A stretch of 64,000 nt of DNA from an uncultured bacterium (GTDB lineage Bacteria; Fermentibacterota; Fermentibacteria; Fermentibacterales; JCC-6). The stretch covers positions 152,207-216,206 of the forward strand of contig CAYREX010000003.1 of assembly GCA_964423505.1 (NCBI GenBank), given 5' to 3'. The translations under genes were made by a program, and so were the position numbers. Of the stretch, positions 1-9,135 are shown piece by piece. Position 1 is the first letter of the stretch; every line of letters starts with the position of its first letter. A model generated the notes under the pieces. It did not search any database, was not told the origin of the DNA, and saw only the letters and a list, made by a program, of their open reading frames with translations.

Positions 1-136
1 AAGGCAGCCGCTCCAGCAGGACGTCCTTCCTCTCGGCCCTCCTCATCGGTCCTCCCGAAGGCATGGGTGGCGTTGCATGTTACCGGGGCAATCTAGCATC
101 GTGCACATCGACCACAAAGCCCGCCAGGAGGTACAG

Positions 137-649
137 ATGAGATCCGAGGACCTGCCGATACCCGGTGCGAGACTGCTCGAGCTGCAGGCCTTCGAGGACG
201 ACAGGGGCAGGTTCATGGAGCTCTTCCGCCTGGAGTGGCTCCCGGAGCTGTACGGAGAGCAGGCCCAGGTGAACTGCTCCCGCTCACGGGCGGGCGTCGT
301 GAGGGGGCTGCACTACCACCTCCGCCAGACCGACCTCTGGCTCCCGGTTCAGGGTGAGCTGAGGGCCGTCCTCGCCGACGCCAGGAGGGACTCGCCCGCC
401 TTCGGCCGGACGCTGGCGCTGGACCTCTCGGCGGGGTCTCCGGGAGGCCTGCTCATCCCGCCCGGCGTGGCCCACGGGTTCGCTGCGCACACGGACCTGA
501 CCCTCATCTACGTGGTGAGCCGCTACTACGACGGAACCGACGAGCACGGCATCGCCTGGGACGACCCGCGCCTGGCCATCGACTGGGGGGTCGAGTCCCC
601 GATCCTCTCCGGCCGTGACAGGACCAACGAGCCGTTCGACTGGAGCTGA
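137..649 (+). CDS. rmlC: dTDP-4-dehydrorhamnose 3,5-epimerase (cupin)
   Basis: ORF 77..649 contains FEDDRGRFMELFR, VVRGLHYH, PPGVAHGF and IAWDDPRLAIDW. The internal ATG at 137 follows AGGAGG (126-131), so I prefer it to 77. Confidence 0.85.
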   Translation: MRSEDLPIPGARLLELQAFEDDRGRFMELFRLEWLPELYGEQAQVNCSRSRAGVVRGLHYHLRQTDLWLPVQGELRAVLADARRDSPAFGRTLALDLSAGSPGGLLIPPGVAHGFAAHTDLTLIYVVSRYYDGTDEHGIAWDDPRLAIDWGVESPILSGRDRTNEPFDWS

Positions 650-687
650 CGCGACGGCCGGCTCCGACCCCGCCGTGGAATGGAGAG

Positions 688-714
688 GAGGCCGGGGCGG
701 AACGCCCCGGCCTC
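688..714. terminator. GC-rich hairpin between rmlC and tRNA-Leu (possible bidirectional terminator)
   Basis: Perfect 12-bp stem gaggccggggcg / cgccccggcctc with a gaa loop, directly abutting the tRNA 3' end. There is no U-tract. Confidence 0.35.
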
Positions 715-803
715 TGGTACCGAAGGGGGGACTCGAACCCCCACGAGGAATCATCCTCACTAGGTCCTGAACCTAGCGCGTCTGCCAATTCCGCCACTTC
801 GGC
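715..803 (-). tRNA. tRNA-Leu (anticodon CAG), type II, CCA encoded
   Basis: The reverse complement folds as acceptor GCCGAAG/CTTCGGT, anticodon stem CTAGG/CCTAG with loop TTCAGGA, long variable arm GAGGA-tgat-TCCTC, T arm GGGGG-TTCGAGT-CCCCC, discriminator A and CCA. Confidence 0.92.
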
Positions 804-874
804 ATGGCCGACCGCGATTCTAAGCCTCCCGCTCCCTTCTTGTCAATGCTGGGGTGGGGCGGTAGCCTAGGGCT

Positions 875-880
875 TATATT
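875..880 (+). promoter_or_regulatory. candidate -10 box (TATATT) upstream of smpB
   Basis: cttATATTCCggcc lies 18 nt before the ATG, with GGGAGGAAG between them. The same TATATTCC core recurs at 18229 and 19742. No clear -35 element. Confidence 0.25.
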
Positions 881-897
881 CCGGCCGGGAGGAAGAT

Positions 898-1368
898 ATG
901 AGCGAGACGCGCAAGGTAGTGGCCAGGAACAGGAAGGCCAGGCACGACTACGAGGTGGTCGACCACCTGGAGATGGGCCTGGTGCTGACCGGGTCGGAGA
1001 TCAAGTCTGTGAGGGCGGGCAGGGTGAGCCTGAAGGGCTCCTACGCAGCCTTCGACGAGAGCGGCGAGCTGTGGGCCCGTAACATGACCATCGCCGAGTA
1101 CCCCCAGGCCAGGGACAACCATGTGCCGGACAGGCCCCGAAAGCTGCTGGCCCACGCGGCGCAGCTCCGCAGGCTTGCGCGCTCGGTGCGGGAGAAGGGC
1201 TTCACGCTGGTGCCGCTGGACCTGCACCTATCCGGAGGGAGGGCGAAGCTGGAGATCGGGCTCTGCAGGGGCAAGCGCCAGCACGACAGGCGCCGGGAGA
1301 TAGCGGAGAGGGACGTCGAGAGGCGCATCAGGAGCCGGATGAAGGAGCAGACCAGGAGTGCCGACTGA
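898..1368 (+). CDS. smpB: SsrA-binding protein
   Basis: ARNRKARHDYEV..LEMGLVLTGSEIKSVRAG..SLKGSY and a basic C-terminal tail. GGGAGGAAG lies upstream. Confidence 0.9.
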   Translation: MSETRKVVARNRKARHDYEVVDHLEMGLVLTGSEIKSVRAGRVSLKGSYAAFDESGELWARNMTIAEYPQARDNHVPDRPRKLLAHAAQLRRLARSVREKGFTLVPLDLHLSGGRAKLEIGLCRGKRQHDRRREIAERDVERRIRSRMKEQTRSAD

Positions 1369-2512
1369 GCCGTTCGTCCTGATGCTGGCCCTGATGACGG
1401 CCGCTCCGCAGGTCGGCGTGAGGTCGCTGGCCAGGCACGACGGCCTTCTTCTGGAGATGACCTCCGGGGTGCCCATGGCCCCCGAGGTCTCCGCCTCCGG
1501 CTACTCCGTGACGGTGACCCCCGGCCCGGCCCCGCTGTCGCTCCCTGCCGGCGGGCTTCCGTTCTGGGTGCTCGGGTGGTCGCTCTCTCCGGACTCGACC
1601 TCCATGACAGTCCTGGCGACCCAGGACGTCGATTCGCTGCGCTACGCGCTGTCTCCGGACAGCCTGACCTTCCTCCTCTTCCTCGGGGCGGCGGAGCCGC
1701 TCGGCTTCCCGTCGCTGAGCTGGGAGGGGCCTCCCGCGGAGCCGGAGTACCGGGCTGCCACCGCTCCCGCATCCGACTCGGTCACCCTGGCCGCTTTCCA
1801 GCAGGGCGGACAGTCCCCATGGCTGGGGGAGTTCGACCGGGTGGTGCTCGACCCGGGCCACGGGGGGAGGGACCCCGGGGCAATAGGTCCCTCCGGCACG
1901 TACGAGAAGGACAGGACCCTGGAGATAGCCCTGCTGGTCCGGGACATACTGGCGGTCAGGAGGCCGGACCTGGAGGTGGTGATGACCAGGACCACCGACG
2001 AGTACGTCTCGCTGGGGGAGAGGACCAGGCTGGCCAACGCGCAGCGGGCGGACCTGTTCGTCAGCATACACTGCAACGCCGCAAACAGGAACTCCGCGAG
2101 GGGCATAGAGACCTTCTTCCTCTCCACCGCCAGGACCGACGAGGCAAGGGCGGTGGAGATGCTGGAGAACAGCGTCGCGGACATCTACGGAGAGGATGAG
2201 CCGGTGCCGACCGACCCGCTCTCGTTCCTGCTGGCCGACATGGCCCAGAGCATCTACCAGGAGAGGAGCAGCTCCCTCGCGGTTACCATCCAGGAGAGCC
2301 TCGCCGGAGCCTGGGGGGAGCTGCCGGACAGGGGGGTGAAGCAGGCCGGCTTCTACGTGCTGCGGGGTGCCCTGATGCCGGCGGTGCTGGTGGAGGTTGG
2401 CTTCATCTCCAATCCGGAGGAGGAGACGCTTCTGCGCAGCCTCGACTTCCGGCTGGGGACCGCGGAGGCTATTGTAGATGCCATACTGGCCTTCGCGGAG
2501 GGCGGGGGATGA
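1358..2512 (+). CDS. N-acetylmuramoyl-L-alanine amidase (Amidase_3) with N-terminal extension
   Basis: VVLDPGHGGRDPGA, LFVSIHCNA, GIETFFLS and GFYVLRGALMPAVLVEVGFISNPEEE. GTG start overlaps the end of smpB. Confidence 0.85.
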   Translation: MPTEPFVLMLALMTAAPQVGVRSLARHDGLLLEMTSGVPMAPEVSASGYSVTVTPGPAPLSLPAGGLPFWVLGWSLSPDSTSMTVLATQDVDSLRYALSPDSLTFLLFLGAAEPLGFPSLSWEGPPAEPEYRAATAPASDSVTLAAFQQGGQSPWLGEFDRVVLDPGHGGRDPGAIGPSGTYEKDRTLEIALLVRDILAVRRPDLEVVMTRTTDEYVSLGERTRLANAQRADLFVSIHCNAANRNSARGIETFFLSTARTDEARAVEMLENSVADIYGEDEPVPTDPLSFLLADMAQSIYQERSSSLAVTIQESLAGAWGELPDRGVKQAGFYVLRGALMPAVLVEVGFISNPEEETLLRSLDFRLGTAEAIVDAILAFAEGGG

Positions 2513-2569
2513 CGGTGGAGCCTGCCCGCCGCGCCTGCGCCGAGGCCGAGACGGACGTGGAGGTCCCGC

Positions 2570-3184
2570 TTGGAGCGTAGCGACGTTCGGTTCATCCTCG
2601 TGAGGCTGGCTGTCGTCCTGGGCATCGTGCTCGTCTTCGGTCTGCTGGTGGCGATGGGCATGCGGATGGTCAACAGGGCCTTCGGCGTGGAGGAATCGGG
2701 GGAGCAGTCCGACGGCACCGGGGCGGGGGCGGACTCGGCTTCACCCTCGGTGCAGGACAGCCTCTGGGTGCCCGCCGGCGCGACCGTCCTGCCCGACCCG
2801 GAGGAGCTGCCCGAGGGGCCGGAGCAGGCCTGGGAGCAGACGCCCTGCACGCTCTTCACCGCGGAGGGCGGGGAGACGGTTGTCGACTCGCTCCCCCTGG
2901 CCCCCTCACCGGAGCACAAGTCGCTGGAGGCGCTCTTCCTGATCCGCAGGTGGGGGGAGGCCGGCGGCCTGGACGAGGAGGAGGTGGGGAGGATATTCGT
3001 CTTCAACAGGATGGACACGCTCTACGTAGACCTCCCCGAGCAGATGGACCTGGAGGCCCTGAGGAGCACCGTCGAGTCCCGTTTCATCTGCTTCACCAGG
3101 CTCTACCCCCTGGTCGGCGGCAACCTCCTCTCCGGATACCCGGACGGGATACCCCTGAGGGGGGTCCCCGGCGTGTTCCGCTAG
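2570..3184 (+). CDS. hypothetical membrane-anchored protein
   Basis: One N-terminal TM segment (FILVRLAVVLGIVLVFGLLVAMG), an acidic/Pro-rich linker and a ~100-aa C-terminal domain. Same strand, between the amidase gene and murI. TTG start is uncertain. Confidence 0.4.
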   Translation: MERSDVRFILVRLAVVLGIVLVFGLLVAMGMRMVNRAFGVEESGEQSDGTGAGADSASPSVQDSLWVPAGATVLPDPEELPEGPEQAWEQTPCTLFTAEGGETVVDSLPLAPSPEHKSLEALFLIRRWGEAGGLDEEEVGRIFVFNRMDTLYVDLPEQMDLEALRSTVESRFICFTRLYPLVGGNLLSGYPDGIPLRGVPGVFR

Positions 3185-3199
3185 GCGGGGCGCCCCGGC

Positions 3200-4003
3200 A
3201 TGAGGATAGGCGTCTTCGACTCCGGCGTCGGCGGCCTGACCGTGGTCAGGGCCATAGCCGGGCTCATGCCGTCGGAGTCGGTGGTCTACTTCGGGGACAC
3301 CGCCAGGGTTCCCTACGGCTCCAAGTCGCCGGAGACGGTCATACGCTTCGCCAGGGAGGACGCCGAGTTCCTGCTCGGCAAGGGCGTGGACGTGCTGGTC
3401 GTGGCATGCAACACCGCCTCCTCGGTCAGCCTGCCCGCTCTCCGGGAGATGGCCGGAGTCCCGGTGGTCGGGGTCATAGAGCCAGGGGTGCGTGCCGCAG
3501 CCGCCCTGACGGAGAACGGCGTCGTAGGGGTCATCGGGACCCTCGGCACCATCACCAGCGGCGCCTACCAGAAGACCCTCAGGGCCACCGGGCGGACGAC
3601 CCGCATAGTGGCCCGTCCGACCCCGCTGCTGGTGCCGCTGGTGGAGGAGGGCTGGCTGGAGGGCAGGATACCCAGGATGGTGCTCTCGGAGTACGTCTCC
3701 CCCCTTGTGGCCGAGGGCATGGACACCCTCGTACTCGGATGCACCCACTACCCGCTCCTCAAGCCGCTCCTCTCGGATGTGCTCGGCCCCTCCGTCGGGC
3801 TGGTCGACTCCGCCGAGGAGACCGCCCTGGAGGTGCGCAGGGTCCTCTCCGGCCTGAAGGGGGAGGAGCGGCGTCCCGGGGGGGAGGGGGAGCGGAGCTT
3901 CTACGTGAGCGACATACCGCTGAAGTTCCAGGAGATCGCACAGAGGTTCCTGGGCCGGGCGATACCCCTGGTGACCCAGGTGGAGGTCGGAGAGCACCGT
4001 TAG
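3200..4003 (+). CDS. murI: glutamate racemase
   Basis: IGVFDSGVGGLTV, YFGDTARVPYGSKS, VVACNTASS and GCTHYPLL. Confidence 0.9.
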   Translation: MRIGVFDSGVGGLTVVRAIAGLMPSESVVYFGDTARVPYGSKSPETVIRFAREDAEFLLGKGVDVLVVACNTASSVSLPALREMAGVPVVGVIEPGVRAAAALTENGVVGVIGTLGTITSGAYQKTLRATGRTTRIVARPTPLLVPLVEEGWLEGRIPRMVLSEYVSPLVAEGMDTLVLGCTHYPLLKPLLSDVLGPSVGLVDSAEETALEVRRVLSGLKGEERRPGGEGERSFYVSDIPLKFQEIAQRFLGRAIPLVTQVEVGEHR

Positions 4004-4064
4004 GGAGCCGGCCGCAGCGCCACGGCTCGAGTCATTCCAGGTAGGGGAGCAGGACGGGACGCTT

Positions 4065-4808
4065 ATGAGCGATGACAGCACGAGGCACGGGCCGAGGATC
4101 GACGGACGGGCGGACGACGAGCTCCGCGAGATCGAGATAGAGACCGGCTACCAGCCGCAGCCGGACGGCAGCGCCCTCATCAGCTGGGGCGAGACCAGGG
4201 TGCTCTGCTCGGCCATCGTCGAGCACCGCGTGCCCTTCTTCCTGAGCGGCAAGGGCAGGGGCTGGATAACCGCCGAGTACTCGATGCTCCCCGGCAGCGG
4301 CAACAGGAGGGTGGCGCGAGACCGGGGCGGCAGGATAAGGGGCAGGACCCAGGAGATACAGAGGCTCATAGGCAGGAGCCTGCGGCAGGCTGTCAACCTC
4401 TCCCGGCTTGGGGAGAGGACCATCACCATCGACTGCGACGTGCTGATAGCCGACGGCGGGACGAGGGTGGCCAGCATAGTCGGCGGGTGCGTCGCGCTCA
4501 GGCTGGCCCTGAAGCGGCTGATGGTGAAGGGGGCGCTGGAGACCGATCCGTTCAACGGCTACATCGGGGCGCTGAGCCTCGGCGCGGTGGACGGCAGGGT
4601 GCTGCTCGACCTCTGCTACGAGGAGGACTCCACCGCGACCATGGACATGAACGTCGTGGCCTGCCCCGACGGACGGATAGTGGAGGTCCAGGCCACCGCG
4701 GAGGACGAGCCCGTACCGGTGGACGATGTGCTGGCCATGACCCGCATGGCGGCGGAGGCGATCTCCGGCCACGTCGTCCCGCGGCAGATGGAGGCCACCG
4801 CCGAGTGA
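4065..4808 (+). CDS. rph: ribonuclease PH
   Basis: RIDGRADDELREIEIETGY..PDGSALISWGETRVLCSA, RGGRIRGRTQEIQRLIGRSLR and ITIDCDVLIADGGTR. Confidence 0.9.
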   Translation: MSDDSTRHGPRIDGRADDELREIEIETGYQPQPDGSALISWGETRVLCSAIVEHRVPFFLSGKGRGWITAEYSMLPGSGNRRVARDRGGRIRGRTQEIQRLIGRSLRQAVNLSRLGERTITIDCDVLIADGGTRVASIVGGCVALRLALKRLMVKGALETDPFNGYIGALSLGAVDGRVLLDLCYEEDSTATMDMNVVACPDGRIVEVQATAEDEPVPVDDVLAMTRMAAEAISGHVVPRQMEATAE

Positions 4809-5467
4809 GCCGGCACGGGAGCCCAGGCGGAGGCACCGGACGAAGGCTCGTCCTGGCTTCCGCCAACCCGGACAAGCTCCTCGAGATGAGCCTGATGCTC
4901 GGTGGCCTCGGCCTCGAGGTGCTGCCGGCCGGTGAGCTGATCCCCGGATGGGACGTCGAGGAGACCGGGGTCACCCTGGAGGAGAACGCCCTTCTGAAGG
5001 CCAGGGCCGCCGCCGACGCCACCGGCCTCCCCTCGGTAGCCGACGACACCGGGCTCTTCGTCCGGGCGCTTGGCGGCGCCCCGGGGGTGTACACGGCGAG
5101 GTATGCCGGAGGCTCCTGCAGCTACGCGGACAACGTGGCCAAGCTGCTGCGCTGCATGATGTGGGAGACCGACAGGAGCGCCGAGTTCAGGACGGTGGCG
5201 GCGGTGGCCGCCCCCTCCCCGGGGCCGCATGCCCTGGTGCAGGGCAGCATCCGGGGCAGGATAGCGGGGGAGCCCAGGGGGGAGGGCGGCTTCGGCTACG
5301 ACCCTGTCTTCGTGCCGGAGGAGGAGGGGGTCGGCTGCGACGGGACGTTCGCCGAGCTGGACCGGGAGGAGAAGAACGGCATCAGCCACAGGGCCAGGGC
5401 CATGGCGGAGCTGGTCCGGCTGCTCCGGTCCGGCGGCGCGCCCTGGGTGGCGGGCCCGGGAGGATAG
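4805..5467 (+). CDS. rdgB: dITP/XTP pyrophosphatase (Ham1/RdgB)
   Basis: LVLASANPDKLLE, SVADDTGLFV.ALGGAPGVYTARYAG, FGYDPVF and EKNGISHRARA. The in-frame GTG at 4805 overlaps the rph stop (GTGA). The upstream part of ORF 4487..5467 is a shadow of rph. Confidence 0.85.
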   Translation: MSRHGSPGGGTGRRLVLASANPDKLLEMSLMLGGLGLEVLPAGELIPGWDVEETGVTLEENALLKARAAADATGLPSVADDTGLFVRALGGAPGVYTARYAGGSCSYADNVAKLLRCMMWETDRSAEFRTVAAVAAPSPGPHALVQGSIRGRIAGEPRGEGGFGYDPVFVPEEEGVGCDGTFAELDREEKNGISHRARAMAELVRLLRSGGAPWVAGPGG

Positions 5468-6190
5468 CGCCCTCCCCCATCCGCTCCGAAGGCTTGCTCG
5501 ACGACTGGCAAGCCGATTGCATCTCTCCATTGGCGAGGGCCCGGGGAGGGCGGGTATCCCGCCGGTCGACTCCGTCATCGCTGACCCCGATCCGACGGTG
5601 CGGCCGGAGAACCTGAAGAAGCCCCGAGTCGGTTGCCGGACAACCACATCCTGCAATACCTCATACTTCGACAGCGGTAATCGACGAAGGGTGGCCCGAG
5701 CCGGGTCCTCACCCCGCGGGGTCATGGGCTTTCGGCGGATGGCGGTGGGCGACGGAAGAAATTGTCTAACTTATGGGCTCCCAGGCTACATAAACGGATT
5801 ATATCGATTTGATTGATCTATTCGGTGATTAGCCTGGTGGTTGCATCGTGCTCCCGGGGCCGGATAGATAGAGTGTGCAGCAATTGAGCGGTACGCTGAC
5901 ATTCTGATGGGGAGTGATCGTTGTTCTCGATATCCGATGATTCCTGCACTCACCCTGTCCGGGGGACAGCGGTGGACTGACGGGGTGGTGGCGGTTGCCG
6001 GGCCGAGGCCGCGGCTTCCGTCACCGGCACGGCCGGCCCCGGGGGGGCGGGGCCCGGCCGTGCCTTCCGAAGCCGGGCGGTACGGAGGGCCGTGCCGGCA
6101 TTCCCGGTCCTGCTTCTCATTCTCATCTCCCGGTCACCGGGAGTCGGAGCGCGAGGGGGGTCGAAGCTGATGGTCGAGGGCTCTTTCGTG

Positions 6191-6226
6191 GGAATCGGAA
6201 TCGGAATCGGAGTCGGATTCGGAGTG
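6191..6226. repeat. hexanucleotide microsatellite (6 units)
   Basis: ggaatc ggaatc ggaatc ggagtc ggattc ggagtg, about 50 nt upstream of the first ARH gene. Confidence 0.8.
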
Positions 6227-6276
6227 GTTGAGGAGGGGCGAGAGGCGCCGTCAGCGGACAGGGGAGGGGGTCCCGG

Positions 6277-7296
6277 ATGAGACGCCTCGACGGGCTCATG
6301 ATGAGCATAGCCGCCGGAGACGCTCTGGGAGCGACCAGCGAGTTCCTCCCTCGGGAAAGGGTGCCCATGCTCTTCGAGCGCGACATCATCCGCGCCGGAG
6401 GCTGGCCTCTGGCCCAGGTGGGGGGCGGATGGCTCGACCTGCCGCCCGGCGCACACACCGACGACACGGACACCGCCCTCTGCCTCTACTGCTCGGCCCG
6501 GGGCTCCGGCGGGTTCGACCCGGAGGACGTGCGACTGCGCTTCATCCGCTGGCTCTGCACCGCACCGAGGACCGTCGACGAGGGGGTGCTGAGCTCCGTC
6601 GGCAGGATGGCGGAGGGGGACTCCTGGGAGAGGGCGGGGGAGGCGGTCTTCTCCCAGCGGCCCTCCCTCCAGACGAACGGCAGCCTGAACCGCAACGCCA
6701 TAGCCGCCGCGCTGGAGGAGGAGCTGGAGCTGGGCTGGGAGTACTCGCTCAAACAGAGCCTCATGACCCACTACGCGCCGCTTCCGGTGCTCTGCTGCTG
6801 CGCCCACGGCTACATGCTCCACAGGCTCCTTGCCGGCGGGGAGATAGCCCCGGGGTGGACGGAGGGCTTCGCCGACCTCTGGAGCGCATGGCTGGAGGCC
6901 TCCGGCGACGAAGTGGTGAGCAGGTGGCGCTACCGGGTCGGCAGACACCTCGGGCCGGCCATGGCCCGACTGAGGGCGGCCGACTTCGACCCGCTCTCCT
7001 TCGACCCCTTCCGTGACCGCATCGAGGGGAGGGGAGACGACTGCCTGCTCACCCTACAGATAGCTAGCTGGGCCCTCCTCTGGTCCTCCAGCGAGCTCTC
7101 CTACCGGCCACCCGCCGGGTTCCCGGAGGAGGTCTTCCGCAGGAAGGGCGGATGGACCTTAGCCTGGGTGGCGCTTATCGGCCACGATGCCGACACCTAT
7201 TGCGCCGTGACCGCCCCCCTGCTGTTCGCAAGGCACGGAGAGCTGCCGTCGGAGCTGCTCGAAGGGCTCCACGTGAGCTGCTGGCTGACCGGATGA
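6277..7296 (+). CDS. ADP-ribosylglycohydrolase family protein (paralog 1)
   Basis: AAGDALGATSEF, PGAHTDDTDTALCLY and the C-terminal IGHDADTYCAVTAPLLFARHG. A GGGGAGGGGG tract lies upstream of the ATG. Confidence 0.8.
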   Translation: MRRLDGLMMSIAAGDALGATSEFLPRERVPMLFERDIIRAGGWPLAQVGGGWLDLPPGAHTDDTDTALCLYCSARGSGGFDPEDVRLRFIRWLCTAPRTVDEGVLSSVGRMAEGDSWERAGEAVFSQRPSLQTNGSLNRNAIAAALEEELELGWEYSLKQSLMTHYAPLPVLCCCAHGYMLHRLLAGGEIAPGWTEGFADLWSAWLEASGDEVVSRWRYRVGRHLGPAMARLRAADFDPLSFDPFRDRIEGRGDDCLLTLQIASWALLWSSSELSYRPPAGFPEEVFRRKGGWTLAWVALIGHDADTYCAVTAPLLFARHGELPSELLEGLHVSCWLTG

Positions 7297-8426
7297 CCGA
7301 CCCGGCAGAGGGGTATCGGGAAGTGGAAACCTCTTCCGCCCGCTCGGCAAAGGAGGCCCCGCCAGGGGACCGTTCCGGGAGGGCCGGGAGGAAGCGCCTG
7401 GAGCACCGGGCCCTGGTCGAGAGGGCGAGGCTGCTCATGGTCGGGCTCGCCGCAGGCGACTCACTCGGCTCCACCAGCGAGCTCAAGCACCGGAGTGACA
7501 TGCCCTTCCTCTTCGAGGAGTACGGAGACTCGGACTGGCCCTACAGGCAGGCCGGTGGAGGCCCGTTCAACCTCGAGCCGGGAGACCCTACGGACGAGAC
7601 CGAGTCGGCGATGTGCATCTACAGGTCCTTCCTCGAGCTGGGCAGCTTCCATCCGGAGGAGATCATACACAGGCTGATCCGATGGAAGAGGGGGCACCCG
7701 ACGGGCATCAAGGCAGACATGGTCAGCGCTCTCTCCTGGGCGGCCTGCAGCGACCGATGGTGGGAGGGCTCCCTTCACGAGTACCGCAGGTCTCCCAACA
7801 GGTACGGGAACACGGCCCTGGCCCGCAACGGCGTCGTCGCCGGGATGGCCAGGACGCTGGAGGAGGGCTTCAGGTACTCGCTCCACCAGTGCCTCCTGAC
7901 CTGCTTCGCGCCGGTACCGGTCATCTGCTGCTGCGCCCAGACCTACCTGATAATGGACATGCTCGCCGGCGGTGTACCCGGGGAAGACTGGAGGAGGGAC
8001 TTCGACCTCCTCCTTCGACTCTGGCTCGACAGCGACCGGGACGGCGTGCTGGAGATCTGGCGGCAGGAGATCGGAGGCGAGCTGGACTCCGTGCTGAGCC
8101 GTTTCATGAACACCAGGGTGGAGCCGGACGGATGGAACCCGCTGGAACACGACTGGGGCGCCAGCTACGACAACGTGATGCTGACCTTCAGGATAGCAAT
8201 GTGGGCACTGCGCTGGTCCCTCCGGAGCGATGGGCGAATGGAGTGCAGGACCGCCATCAGCGGGAGGGCCTTCCGGAGAAGCGGTCCCTGGACGCTCGGG
8301 TGGGTAGCCCTTCTCGGTCACCATTCCGACACCTACGGCGCCGCGACGGGGCCTCTCATAGCAGCGGCCCACGGTGGCGTTCCGGAGGGTATGACCAGCG
8401 GCCTCTCGGTTCTGAGGAGGCTCTAG
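7293..8426 (+). CDS. ADP-ribosylglycohydrolase family protein (paralog 2)
   Basis: AAGDSLGSTSEL, PGDPTDETESAMCIY and LGHHSDTYGAATGPLIAAAHG. Its ATG overlaps the paralog-1 stop (ATGA). ORF-track start 7152 rejected. Confidence 0.8.
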   Translation: MTDPAEGYREVETSSARSAKEAPPGDRSGRAGRKRLEHRALVERARLLMVGLAAGDSLGSTSELKHRSDMPFLFEEYGDSDWPYRQAGGGPFNLEPGDPTDETESAMCIYRSFLELGSFHPEEIIHRLIRWKRGHPTGIKADMVSALSWAACSDRWWEGSLHEYRRSPNRYGNTALARNGVVAGMARTLEEGFRYSLHQCLLTCFAPVPVICCCAQTYLIMDMLAGGVPGEDWRRDFDLLLRLWLDSDRDGVLEIWRQEIGGELDSVLSRFMNTRVEPDGWNPLEHDWGASYDNVMLTFRIAMWALRWSLRSDGRMECRTAISGRAFRRSGPWTLGWVALLGHHSDTYGAATGPLIAAAHGGVPEGMTSGLSVLRRL

Positions 8427-8439
8427 GGCCCGTCCCCGC

Positions 8440-9135
8440 TCAGACGCCCTTGCCGCCCTCCGAGCCCCCGGCGGAGTCGGTGAAGAACCACATGTCCACC
8501 CGGTTCGCGTCCCGGATGAACTCGCTCCTCCTCTGGTACCGCTCGGCTATCCTGTCCGCGTTCGCCCTGAGCGAGTCGCGCCTGAAGGCGTCGCGAAGGA
8601 GTATCTGGGCGTTGGGCTCGTTCCAGGGCATGGCCATCATGCCCCTGTTGCGCCTGGTGAGGTCGAGGTAGTCCCAGGATGCCTCCGCCGCCCGGCGGGG
8701 GCCGTAGTACTCGGTGGCCCAGAGGACGACGGCGTACTCCCAGAGCAGCGCCTCGTCACGGGGGTTGTACCGGAGGCCCCGCTCCAGCAGCTCGATGCCC
8801 TCCTCCTCGGCACCCAGGTTCACGGCGAGATGGTATCCCCCGTCCACGTAGGCCATCACGTAGTTCGGGTCCAGCCTCACTATGAGCCAGAGGTGGGGGA
8901 GGTAGTCGGTGGCCGTGGACCAGTCGGTTCCCTGGTACATCCAGATGTGGTGGTACTGGTCCAGCTTGAGCCAGAGGATGTCGGCCATGAAGCTGCCGAA
9001 ATAGTGGAGACCGCTCTCCACCGCCTGCCCGGCCACGTTGCGGGAGGCGGTCTCCCGGGAGACCAGGGCGCCCGATACGACGGCGATGGCCAGGAAGGCC
9101 AGTGCCGCGAGGATGAGGAGAAGGTCCCGTCTCAT
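8440..9135 (-). CDS. membrane-anchored TPR-like protein (last gene of the ABC operon)
   Basis: N-terminal TM (LLLILAALAFLAIAVVSGAL) followed by a helical-repeat-like region (ELLERGLRYNPRDEALLWEYAVVLW). The internal ATG at 9135 forms an ATGA overlap with the upstream gene. Confidence 0.55.
   Translation of the reverse strand: MRRDLLLILAALAFLAIAVVSGALVSRETASRNVAGQAVESGLHYFGSFMADILWLKLDQYHHIWMYQGTDWSTATDYLPHLWLIVRLDPNYVMAYVDGGYHLAVNLGAEEEGIELLERGLRYNPRDEALLWEYAVVLWATEYYGPRRAAEASWDYLDLTRRNRGMMAMPWNEPNAQILLRDAFRRDSLRANADRIAERYQRRSEFIRDANRVDMWFFTDSAGGSEGGKGV

Noticed and set aside
5468-5760. tmRNA or RNase P RNA in the gap downstream of rdgB (smpB is nearby)
   Set aside because: On neither strand is there a tRNA-like T-arm (GGTTCGA...CCA), a GGGG..UUCGACG 5' end, or the RNase P GAGGAAAGUCCGGGC / ACAGAACCCGGCUUA motifs. 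The region is left as unexplained non-coding sequence.
6092-6280. 62-aa ORF encoding ...FVGIGIGIGVGFGVV... across the hexamer repeat
   Set aside because: The peptide is merely the translation of the ggaatc microsatellite. It has no start context and no conservation signal I can judge.
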